This document shows, piece by piece, positions 1-8,520 of a DNA stretch of 27,952 bases. The stretch is from Gemmatimonadaceae bacterium. Its GTDB lineage: Bacteria > Gemmatimonadota > Gemmatimonadetes > Gemmatimonadales > Gemmatimonadaceae. Made by a program: the position numbers and the translations under genes. Location: assembly GCA_035700125.1 (NCBI GenBank), contig DASSOX010000216.1:1-27952 (forward strand). Direction: 5' to 3'. Below the pieces are notes generated by a model. It was not told where the DNA came from and did not search any database. It worked only from the letters and a program-made list of their open reading frames with translations. Position 1 is the first letter of the stretch, and each line of letters starts with the position of its first letter.

Positions 1-58
1 CTTGATCGCCTGGGCGATCAAGGGAGTCCGACCTCCCATTCGCTCGAAGGATCCTTCG
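1..58 (-). terminator. Three consecutive palindromes directly after the flotillin stop codon: CTTGATCGCC-TG-GGCGATCAAG at 1-22, GGGAG-N6-CTCCC at 22-37, and CGAAGGATCCTTCG at 45-58. Possible transcript-end structure; the window edge prevents seeing any U-tract.
   Basis: Perfect inverted repeats read directly from the sequence; they abut the TAA (rc) at 60-62. Confidence 0.3.
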
Positions 59-59
59 C

Positions 60-1751
60 TTACTTCTTCTTCTCGGCCTTCGGGCTCTCCTGTGCACTCG
101 CCTCGGCCACCGCGCTCGCGGGTGTCGCGATGTCGGGCGGGACGGCGGCCTTGGGGGTGGCGTCGTCGGGTGTCATCTCACCCAGGTAGTTCGGGAGCTC
201 CACGCCGGCGATGTCGCGCAGGACGTGCATCATAGGCGGAAGAGTCTTGGCCATGTTCTGGAGAAATCCGGCCGCGCCGCCGACGCCGTTGCCGACGCCG
301 TTCCCCACGCCGTTGCCGCCCTCCCATACCACGACCTTGTCGAACTTGATGTTCGATATCGCCTTGGCCGCGGTCTCGGCGAGCGTGTCGATCTTGTCGA
401 CCAACAGGAGCTGGAAGGCCTCCTTCGATCCGCCCGCGCGATCCACCAGCATGCCGAGCGCTTCGGCGCGCTTGGCCATGATCTGATATTCACCGTCTGC
501 CTGCGCCTGCAACCGCAGACGAATGGATTGCGCTTCGGCGTCGGCCGCGAGCTTCACCTGCTCGGCCTGTGCTTCGGCCTCCACGATCCTGCGTGCCTTC
601 TCCGCCTTCGCTGGCGCTTCGAGCGCGGCGCGCTGCTCCGCCTCCACTCGCTCGGCCTGCGCGATTGCGGCGCGCGCCTGCGCACGGTTCTGCGCTTCCT
701 GCACCGCGGCCTCCGCCTCCTTGCGGCGAGTCTCCGCCACCTGGAAGGCTTCCGCCTGCTTCACCTTGAGGTGCGAGTCGGTGGCTGCGATCTGAACCTG
801 CGCCTCCGCCTCACCCGCTATCGCGCGAGCATCCGCCTGTGCCACGGCGACGCGCTTCTCCTGCTCCGCGTTCTTCACCGCCACGTCGCGCTCGAAGGCC
901 GCCGTCTGCTCACCCACCTCCTGGTCCTTCGCGAGCTCGGCGATCTTCACCGCCTTTTCGCGAGAGGCATCGGCGAGGCCGATCTCGCGATCCTTCTCGG
1001 CGTTGGCCACCTGCACCATCTTCTCGCGGTTCGCCTCCGCCACGCGGATCTCACCCATCTTCTCCTGATCGGCAACGTCGCCGCGCGCCTGCTGCACCGC
1101 CTGCGAAGCGGCCTTCTTCCCGATCGCCTCGATGTAGCCGCTCGAGTCCATGAGATCGGTGATGTTCACGTTGATGAGAACGAGACCGATCTTCTTCAGT
1201 TCAGGCGCGAGGTGCGTCTGGATGCGAGTGAGCAGTGCGTCGCGATCGCGGTTGATCTCCTCGATGCGCATCGAGGCGATGATCTGGCGGAGCTGGCCGA
1301 AGATGATGTCCTGCGCCTGGCGCTTCACCAGCGCGGCGTCATTGGCGATGGAGAGGAGCCGCGCGGCCGCGTTCTGCTGCGTCTCGGAGTCGGTACCTAT
1401 GGCTACGGTGAAGACGCTCGGCACCGCGACGCGGATGTTCTCGGCTGAGAGCGCATCCTTTAGCGGGATGTCTATCTGCAGCGGAGTGAGATCGAGATAC
1501 GCGTACTCCTGGATCACCGGCCAGATGAACGCGCCGCCGCCGGAAATCACGCGCGCGGCGTTCTCGCCGGCCACCTTGCCGGAGATCACGAGAACCTTGT
1601 TGGCCGGGCAGCGCCGGTAGCGGGAAACGAAGAGGAGTAGCAGTCCGACGACGAGTACCAGGAGGAGGAGACCGCCGCCGGTAGCGAAGCCGCCGATGCT
1701 GTCCAGCGGAGAGCCCGACTGGATCATGGCGTAGGAGAGTGACGTGTGCAT
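60..1751 (-). CDS. Flotillin-like SPFH/band-7 domain protein (YqiK-like). The C-terminus carries a (GNGV)x3 repeat and a Pro/Ala/Lys-rich tail.
   Basis: 563-aa ORF. An N-terminal TM segment is followed by an SPFH domain (KVLVISGK..GGGAFIWPV..) and a long Ala/Glu/Gln-rich coiled-coil region typical of bacterial flotillins. Start is ATG 1751 or ATG 1727. Confidence 0.9.
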   Translation of the reverse strand: MHTSLSYAMIQSGSPLDSIGGFATGGGLLLLVLVVGLLLLFVSRYRRCPANKVLVISGKVAGENAARVISGGGAFIWPVIQEYAYLDLTPLQIDIPLKDALSAENIRVAVPSVFTVAIGTDSETQQNAAARLLSIANDAALVKRQAQDIIFGQLRQIIASMRIEEINRDRDALLTRIQTHLAPELKKIGLVLINVNITDLMDSSGYIEAIGKKAASQAVQQARGDVADQEKMGEIRVAEANREKMVQVANAEKDREIGLADASREKAVKIAELAKDQEVGEQTAAFERDVAVKNAEQEKRVAVAQADARAIAGEAEAQVQIAATDSHLKVKQAEAFQVAETRRKEAEAAVQEAQNRAQARAAIAQAERVEAEQRAALEAPAKAEKARRIVEAEAQAEQVKLAADAEAQSIRLRLQAQADGEYQIMAKRAEALGMLVDRAGGSKEAFQLLLVDKIDTLAETAAKAISNIKFDKVVVWEGGNGVGNGVGNGVGGAAGFLQNMAKTLPPMMHVLRDIAGVELPNYLGEMTPDDATPKAAVPPDIATPASAVAEASAQESPKAEKKK

Positions 1752-1753
1752 GC

Positions 1754-2338
1754 TCAGAGAACCTCGTCCAGGGTGGGTGTGGCAACAACTTCCACGATAT
1801 CGGGCTCTCGTACGTCGACGACGGTGACTTTCGTGCCGGTGGAGAGCGCTTCGCCGCGAGTCACTGCGTCGTATTCGACGGTGCGGCCGTTGAGGGTGAG
1901 GGTCACTTTTCCGGGTCCGGAATCGGAGCCCGGAATGGGGATGTAGACCGTGGCGCCCTCGCCGATGGCGTCGCTCACGTGAATCGAGCGATCGCGCTCC
2001 AGGCGAAGAATCCAGCGCATGCTCAGTGCGACGAGGAACATGGCGAGGAAGCCGGGGATCACCGCCGCGGCAAGCGCGAGGAGCAACGGCCAGCCGGCGC
2101 TCGTTGCTGCGAGCCCGGACAGACCGAAGAACGCCACGCCGGCCGAGAGCGCGCGGACGCTGAAGAGATTCAGGCCATTCGCGCCAGAGGCATCGTGCGC
2201 ACCCGCGTGAGCGACGTCGTGCGGCGCGTCGAGATGATCGAGCCCATGCGCGGCGTCAACTCCGAAGAGACCGAGCAGCAGCTGCAGGATGAGCACCCCG
2301 CCGCCGAGCACGGTGCAGACGACGAAGAAACTTGTCAT
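1754..2338 (-). CDS. NfeD-like (YqiJ-like) membrane protein, the usual partner of flotillin.
   Basis: ~195 aa. The hydrophobic N-terminal half has multiple TM segments and the C-terminus is a beta-rich OB-fold-like region (KVTLTLNGRTVEYDAV..GTKVTVVDV). Its stop is 2 nt from the flotillin start. An alternative TTG start lies at 2353. Confidence 0.8.
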   Translation of the reverse strand: MTSFFVVCTVLGGGVLILQLLLGLFGVDAAHGLDHLDAPHDVAHAGAHDASGANGLNLFSVRALSAGVAFFGLSGLAATSAGWPLLLALAAAVIPGFLAMFLVALSMRWILRLERDRSIHVSDAIGEGATVYIPIPGSDSGPGKVTLTLNGRTVEYDAVTRGEALSTGTKVTVVDVREPDIVEVVATPTLDEVL

Positions 2339-2381
2339 GGGCCCAAGATGCAACAGACTTACGGATAAGGCGATAGCCGCC

Positions 2382-3209
2382 CTACTGTTCGCGCTGCAGC
2401 CACTGCTCCAGGATGGTGCTGATGGCCTCGGGCGACTCCTCGGGAGTGAAGTGACGGACGTCGGGGATGACGTCGAGCGTGGAGCCGGGAATCGCCTCGT
2501 GGAGCTGTTTCGCGACGTGCGGCGCCAGAAAGGGATCGTGCGCGCCAGTAATTATGGCGGTGGGCGCCATGATTTCGCCGAGCCGCGGCGCGAGCGCCAC
2601 GGTCTCCTCGGGGTCGAGCGCCTCGAGATGCTCCACGAGAACGTCGCGCCCCTCCGGCGAGCAGAAGGGACGGATATAGATGTCCATCGACCGCGCGCCA
2701 CGCGATTCCTCGGCGTAGCCGCGCTCCATCTCCGAGCGGAGCGCGGAGAGAATCCACGTGGTCGGGAGGTGTCGCGTGAGCGGAAGAGTCGCCTTGGCCA
2801 TCCTGATCTGGCGCGTCGGCCATTCGTCGAAACCCACCGCGTCTACGAGGGCCAGCCGCTCCACGCGCGTGGGGTGGCGTACGGCGAGGTACTGCGCGAT
2901 GCCGCCGCCGAGATCGTGGCCCACTACGGCGGCGTACTGGATGCGCAGCGCGTCGAGCAGCGCGATGACTCGTTCGGCGTGCCCCTTGATGCTCAGGTCG
3001 CGCTCCATCGGCCGGTCGCTGCGACCGTAGCCGAGGAGATCCATCACCACCACTCGCCGCCCCGATGGCAGCAGTGGGACCACATCGCGCCAGAGATGCG
3101 ACGAGGTCGGGAAGCCGTGAATGAGCACTATGGGCTCGCCCGCACCCCGAGAACCCGCGGCATAGTAGTACAGCCGCGTGCCGCCTACGTCGACGAACTC
3201 ACCGCGCAT
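2382..3209 (-). CDS. Alpha/beta-fold hydrolase.
   Basis: 276 aa from ATG at 3209. Contains the HGFP oxyanion motif (LIHGFPTSSHLW) and a nucleophile elbow (VGHDLGGGIA). The longer ORF running to 3665 has an Arg-rich, non-protein-like N-terminus and was trimmed. Confidence 0.85.
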   Translation of the reverse strand: MRGEFVDVGGTRLYYYAAGSRGAGEPIVLIHGFPTSSHLWRDVVPLLPSGRRVVVMDLLGYGRSDRPMERDLSIKGHAERVIALLDALRIQYAAVVGHDLGGGIAQYLAVRHPTRVERLALVDAVGFDEWPTRQIRMAKATLPLTRHLPTTWILSALRSEMERGYAEESRGARSMDIYIRPFCSPEGRDVLVEHLEALDPEETVALAPRLGEIMAPTAIITGAHDPFLAPHVAKQLHEAIPGSTLDVIPDVRHFTPEESPEAISTILEQWLQREQ

Positions 3210-3250
3210 GGAATCGAGTCTGTGCTTTCCGTGCGGTCGTGCAGCCGCGA

Positions 3251-5347
3251 TCAGACATTGGCCAGCTCGGGTGCCGCGCTGCGCGCTTCGCCTCCGGCGT
3301 GCCACTCCACGATCCTGCCGGCGATCGCCGACGCAGCCACCGTGTAGGGCGAGGCCAGGTAGAGCTGTCCCGGTCCCGAGCGGCCGGGGAAATTCCGGTT
3401 GATCGCGGAGATGGTGACGTCGTCTTTCGTGCGCGAGACACCGGGGCCGGCGTTGATGCACGCACCACACGACGGCTCGATGAAGGTCGCGCCGACATCG
3501 CCGAAGACGCGGTCGTAGCCGCGCTCCTGGCAGTACTCGAACACCTCGCGCGAGCCGCACTGGATGAAGCAGCGCACGCCGTCGGCGACCTTCTCGCCGT
3601 GCTCCAGCGCCTCGCGGAAGACGCGGGCATACATGTCCATGTCTTCCTTCTTTCCCGCGGTGCACGAGCCGGCGTAGGCGATGTCTATCGCCACCTCGCC
3701 CGGAAGCTCGTCCACGTACATTCCGTTCCCCGGGTCGCCGGGGAGCGCGATCATCGGGCGCAGCGATGCGGCGTCTATCTCGATCACCTTCACGTACTCG
3801 GCGCCCTCGTCGGAGTAGAGACCGGCGCAGAGCTCGCGCGCGTCGCTCTCCGACATTCCGCGCTGCTCCATCAGGTACTTCACCGTCTTCTCGTCGGGAG
3901 CGATGATGCCCGTGAAGGCGCCCACCTCGGCCGCCATGTTGGTCATCGTCGCGCGCTCATCCACCGAGAGCGCCTCCACTGCTTCGCCCGCGTATTCGAT
4001 GATCTGCCCGATCGCCTCGCCATTCTTGATGTATGGGTGGCGCAGGATCTCGAGCATGAAATCCTTGGCCGTGATATTCACCGGTTTCTCACCGCGAACC
4101 ACCACCTTGAACGACCGCGGCACCTCCACGCGCACGTCCTTCGTGATCCACGAATTGAAGATCGCCGTGGTGCCCACGCCGAACGCCACGCACCCCACCG
4201 CGCCGGCGTGCGGCGTGTGCGAGTCGCTCCCTATGATGATCTGCCCCGGGAGCGCATGCGCCTCGAGGATCTTGGAGTGGCAGATCGCCTCGGAGCCGGC
4301 GGCGGTTAACGCACCGTGGAGGTTCAGCCGCTTGTCGAGCTGGCCGTAGAGCTTTATCCCCTTCGCCTCGGCGAAGGTGCGCTGCTTGGCCTCGAGCTGG
4401 TTCGCCACATCGAGCAAACCCATCTCGCGGTGCTCGGGGCGCATGACCTGGTCGAGGAAGGTGAGATGATCGCGGAAGAAGAAGACCGACGATGGGTCGT
4501 TCACTGGCTCGTCGGCCCCCACGAGCTGCTCGAAGAAGATCGCCGACATCGGTGTCACGTACTCGTGGCTGAAGCGGATGTCGGTGATTACGAAACCCTG
4601 GTCGCCAGGCTTCACGGCGGGGACGCCCACCTTCCCGGCTGCGGCGTCCACTACCCAGTGCCGCGCGAAGATCTTCTCGGCGACGGTCATGGGGCGCGGC
4701 GGCGTATCCACTCTGGGGACCTCCACCTTTCCCTGCAGCCGCGCGAGGTTGTAGTTGAACAGGCCGCCGTACTCGATGATGCCGCGCGAGATACCGCCCT
4801 CGTTGGCGGTGAACTCGGAGAGCGGGATCTCCTCGCCGCGCCGTACCCGGTCTATGAGACCGAAGTCGGTCGAGGTGAAGAGGCCGAGGTTCTGGCAATT
4901 CTCCCGGTAGATCCGCTCGATGTTCTCGGCAATCACGAGGCGGATCCCCGCCATCATCTCGGCGTAGGGGGACTGTTCGCGTGAGGATCCCTTGCCGCGC
5001 CGCTTGCCGGAAACGCTCGCGACGAAGTTGCCGCCGCGTACCGCGCCGCGGACGATGGGGAATTCATCGCCGCACTTGAGGCCGAGGTAGGGGAAGTCGC
5101 CCAGCGTTTCATCGAAGTAATAGCAGATGTAGGCCGGGGTGATCTCGTCGGTGGAGATGTTGTCGCGCAGGGCGGGGTGCGCGGCCGAGCCGACGGGCGC
5201 CGCTGGATCGAAGGGGATGTCTTCCCCATCGAGCTGTCGGCGCACGACTTCCGGATCTTCGGCGAGGAAGAGGACGCGTCCGTCGAAGCGGACGCGGTCC
5301 GGAACCTTCTGGACAGGTCGAGACAGCAGACTCTGGATCATGTTCAC
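3251..5347 (-). CDS. Aconitase-family hydro-lyase with the domain order inverted: a LeuD-like swivel domain at the N-terminus fused to a LeuC-like catalytic domain.
   Basis: 698 aa. The N-terminal ~200 aa carry LeuD-like motifs (DNISTDEITPA, GKGSSREQSPYA). The remainder has LeuC/aconitase motifs (MTVAEKIFARH, GSDSHTPHAG, SCGACINAGPG, SAINRNFPGRSG). GTG start at 5347, or ATG at 5341. Confidence 0.85.
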   Translation of the reverse strand: MNMIQSLLSRPVQKVPDRVRFDGRVLFLAEDPEVVRRQLDGEDIPFDPAAPVGSAAHPALRDNISTDEITPAYICYYFDETLGDFPYLGLKCGDEFPIVRGAVRGGNFVASVSGKRRGKGSSREQSPYAEMMAGIRLVIAENIERIYRENCQNLGLFTSTDFGLIDRVRRGEEIPLSEFTANEGGISRGIIEYGGLFNYNLARLQGKVEVPRVDTPPRPMTVAEKIFARHWVVDAAAGKVGVPAVKPGDQGFVITDIRFSHEYVTPMSAIFFEQLVGADEPVNDPSSVFFFRDHLTFLDQVMRPEHREMGLLDVANQLEAKQRTFAEAKGIKLYGQLDKRLNLHGALTAAGSEAICHSKILEAHALPGQIIIGSDSHTPHAGAVGCVAFGVGTTAIFNSWITKDVRVEVPRSFKVVVRGEKPVNITAKDFMLEILRHPYIKNGEAIGQIIEYAGEAVEALSVDERATMTNMAAEVGAFTGIIAPDEKTVKYLMEQRGMSESDARELCAGLYSDEGAEYVKVIEIDAASLRPMIALPGDPGNGMYVDELPGEVAIDIAYAGSCTAGKKEDMDMYARVFREALEHGEKVADGVRCFIQCGSREVFEYCQERGYDRVFGDVGATFIEPSCGACINAGPGVSRTKDDVTISAINRNFPGRSGPGQLYLASPYTVAASAIAGRIVEWHAGGEARSAAPELANV

Positions 5348-5401
5348 GCCGTAAAGTGCTCTGTGGCAAGATGATCGTCGGCCAACACGTCCACAAGCAC
5401 C

Positions 5402-5426
5402 GAGCTGAGGCGCCCACCGTCAGCTC
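5402..5426. promoter_or_regulatory. Palindrome GAGCTGA-N11-TCAGCTC in the divergent intergenic region between the aconitase-family gene and the hypothetical gene.
   Basis: Perfect 7-bp inverted repeat seen in the sequence. The position is suitable for an operator, but no regulator can be assigned. Confidence 0.2.
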
Positions 5427-5567
5427 AGTGTCGATGGAATCGGCCGCGTGCGATCCTGACTTCTGGCGAGCCGTTCAACATTGTAGTATCGTTAGGCCGC
5501 GATCCAGGCGAACGTAGTACCGCGCCATCTGCGTTGTTTACAACGACTTACTACGAACCTCGCGAGG

Positions 5568-6716
5568 GTGCCCGTGACCGTTCCGATCACGCCGGACTTT
5601 TATATTCCCGCCCCCGCTCCGAGCGCCCAGGACTCATTTCGCTTCCCGCTCTCGTGGCTTCTCGAGCACGCGGCTGCTCCGATCAAGTTCCGCGCCGCCA
5701 CGGAGATAGCAAGGATCCCCACGGAGGGAGCCGACGCGCTGGCATCGCTGCCGTACACCTACGAGCCAGCGTTGCTGCTCGCGCTTCTGCAGCGCACCGA
5801 CGGAACCTGGCCGGGCGGGATGCTCTCCGTTCCGGCATCGGTGGAGAGCTTCACGGGCGTGGGGACTATCAGCGCGGTGCAGCGACTCCTGGAGTATGGC
5901 TGGGAGCGCGACTCGCCACCGCTCCTGCAGGCCCGTCGTCTTCTCTTCCGGCTGCTCGCCGAGGATGAGGACCCGTCGTACCTGTACGAGCTTGCCCCGC
6001 GCGGTCGGGCAGGGCAGGAGTTGGTGAGGCACGGGCGGGCGATCCTGCGCGAGGCCGCCGCGGCCGCGCTGGCGCAGGCGGGTTACGGTCACGACCCGCG
6101 GCTCCGCGGCGCAGCCCGACGGATCACCGAGCGGGTGGACGCGTTCCTCCGCTCGCCGCACGCCGAAAAGCCGTTCGTTCGTTCCGGGAACCAGCACGTG
6201 CTCGCGCCGGAGGCGGCACCGCCATCGGTCTACCTCCTCCAGATGCTGGCCTACATGCCGCACTTCCGGAACGAGCACTACGACTTCATGGAGCGGGTCT
6301 ACGCCGCAATCTCGCAGCCACTACCGCGCCAGACCGCGGCCAGCGTGGTGGGCGACCAGATAGTGGCCGAGCCGCACCTCGTGCTGGGCGACCAGCTTCC
6401 GCATCGGAACGCGGTGGATGGCGACATCCCCGCTGCGCTTCAGTGGCTGGAGCTGGTGGCCCGGCTCGGCCTCCTGCAGCGGAACGAGAACTGGTCGAAG
6501 CTCTTCGAGCGCTTCCTCGGCGACCGCGACTCCGAGGGCGTTTGGAAGCAGCCGGGCACCGGCCGGCGCACGCCGACGATCAGCGCCTCCACCCCGTATT
6601 CCTGGCCGCTCTTCCCCCTGAGTCCCGATACCTCTCCCGAATCCGTACGCTCCGATGTCACCTTCCGCCTCGGCGTGATCGGAAGGTACGGGGGGTGGGG
6701 AGTGGAGGTGGAGTGA
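5568..6716 (+). CDS. Hypothetical protein. Weak resemblance to alpha/alpha-toroid (prenyltransferase or terpene-cyclase-like) repeats.
   Basis: 382-aa ORF with a GTG start and protein-like composition; the overlapping antisense ORF 5634..6278 is Arg-rich and artefactual. Two Q..DG.W..GG-like motifs (QRTDGTWPGG, RDSEGVWKQPG). Confidence 0.55.
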   Translation: MPVTVPITPDFYIPAPAPSAQDSFRFPLSWLLEHAAAPIKFRAATEIARIPTEGADALASLPYTYEPALLLALLQRTDGTWPGGMLSVPASVESFTGVGTISAVQRLLEYGWERDSPPLLQARRLLFRLLAEDEDPSYLYELAPRGRAGQELVRHGRAILREAAAAALAQAGYGHDPRLRGAARRITERVDAFLRSPHAEKPFVRSGNQHVLAPEAAPPSVYLLQMLAYMPHFRNEHYDFMERVYAAISQPLPRQTAASVVGDQIVAEPHLVLGDQLPHRNAVDGDIPAALQWLELVARLGLLQRNENWSKLFERFLGDRDSEGVWKQPGTGRRTPTISASTPYSWPLFPLSPDTSPESVRSDVTFRLGVIGRYGGWGVEVE

Positions 6717-6724
6717 CGAGTTGA

Positions 6725-6890
6725 AAGGAAACAGGAGACAGAAGACTGTAAGCAGGGGACCGCACACCACTTGTTGCCGCCATCCCCGCGCAAGCGGGGA
6801 TGGCGGTTCGGCTGAGTAACATGGATTCTCGCATTCGCGGGAATGACATTGCGGGTGTGCGGTTCCCTGTTTCCTGTCTCCTGATTCCTT
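6725..6890. repeat. Palindromic intergenic repeat element, copy 1 (diverged). The core contains a 13-bp stem capped by a GCAA tetraloop, and is flanked by ~40-bp terminal inverted repeats (AAGGAAACAGGAGACAG.. / ..CTGTTTCCTGTCTCCTGATTCCTT).
   Basis: The core (CATCCCCGCGcAAGCGGGGA..GTTCGGC..TAAcATGGATTCtCGCaTtCGCGGGAATGAC) is homologous to the cores at 11084, 15895 and 19159. The outer inverted repeats differ from those of the other copies. Confidence 0.75.
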
Positions 6891-6903
6891 CCGACTCCGT
6901 TCC

Positions 6904-7779
6904 ATGTCCCCACGCTTTCTAGCCGAAAGAGACATCTACCCTGCCGGGATGGAGGGGGTGGGGGCGAGGTATGTCGCGCTTCGTTCCGGGATAAGGGTGA
7001 GGGTCGTAGAGAGCGGGCCGGAGGAGGGGGAAGCTGTCGTCATGCTTCCGGGGTGGGGGTGCTCGGCGTATGCGTTCCGGAAGAACCTCGGAGCGCTGGG
7101 GGAGAGGGGAGCGCGGGCGATCGCTGTAGAGATGAAGGGGCAGGGTGGGAGCGACAAGCCGCTCGGGGAGGGCGAGTATACTGTCGAGTCGCTCACGGAG
7201 CATGTGATCGAGGTGCTCGATGCGCTCGACGTGAAGAGCGCGACGCTGGTCGGGCTTTCGCTCGGCGGACTCGTTGCGGCGCGGGTGGCGCTCGAGGCGC
7301 CGGACCGGGTGAAGCGACTTGCGCTTTTCGATCCGGTGGGTTTCGGGCGCGTGCGACTGGTGGGGTTGGCGCGGCTCTTCCCGGTGGGACTCGGAGCGGC
7401 ACTCCCTCCGGTTGCTGCGCGAAGGTGGGCTTTCGCGCTCGCGCTGCGCGGCGCCTACGGGTCGCGTGGGCGGCCGACTGCGCGCGATGTCGACGAATAC
7501 TTTGCACCGGCGCGGGATCCGGCATTCGTGCAGGCGCTCTGGGCGCTGCTGCACGAAGTGGATTGGCGCCTGCTCACGCTGGATGAGGTGCGGCGGCTCG
7601 AGATGCCGCTGCTCGTGATCTTTGGGCGCGAGGACCGACTGGTGTCGCCACGCGACGCCGAGCAGCTCGTGCGCGAGGCGCCGTGCGGGCGCGTGATGTT
7701 CCTGGAGGGAGTGGGGCACGCCAGCCCCGAAGAAGCGCCCGACGAAGTCAACGCGGCGCTCGTGGACTTTCTCGCCTAG
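6904..7779 (+). CDS. Alpha/beta-fold hydrolase.
   Basis: 291 aa with a nucleophile elbow (LVGLSLGGLVAA) and an acid/His region (FGREDRLV..GVGHASPEE). An alternative start lies at ATG 6949. Confidence 0.85.
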   Translation: MSPRFLAERDIYPAGMEGVGARYVALRSGIRVRVVESGPEEGEAVVMLPGWGCSAYAFRKNLGALGERGARAIAVEMKGQGGSDKPLGEGEYTVESLTEHVIEVLDALDVKSATLVGLSLGGLVAARVALEAPDRVKRLALFDPVGFGRVRLVGLARLFPVGLGAALPPVAARRWAFALALRGAYGSRGRPTARDVDEYFAPARDPAFVQALWALLHEVDWRLLTLDEVRRLEMPLLVIFGREDRLVSPRDAEQLVREAPCGRVMFLEGVGHASPEEAPDEVNAALVDFLA

Positions 7780-7785
7780 AGATAC

Positions 7786-8406
<621 letters not shown>

Positions 8407-8520
8407 CAGCGATCGCCTCCCAGGGTCGCGAGCGGAGTGGGGCCGCCGGCAACCGTCCCGCCGCTGAAACTGTCTCTCTCGTGATGCGGTAAGGTGCACC
8501 AAACACACAGGAGACCGACC

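Noticed and set aside
225-1448. 407-aa plus-strand ORF opposite the flotillin gene.
   Set aside because: It is antisense to a high-confidence SPFH/flotillin CDS, and it is Leu/Arg-rich and repetitive.
2382-3665. The full 427-aa form of the alpha/beta hydrolase ORF.
   Set aside because: The first 152 residues are Arg/Pro/Gly-rich, fall entirely within the GC-driven open frame, and lack any hydrolase cap or lid features. The ATG at 3209 gives a standard ~276-aa alpha/beta hydrolase.
3239-4309. 356-aa plus-strand ORF, together with the 269-aa ORF at 4089..4898 and the 222-aa ORF at 4316..4984.
   Set aside because: All overlap the strongly supported aconitase-family CDS on the opposite strand. 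Composition is Arg/Ala/Gly/His-biased. These are GC artefacts.
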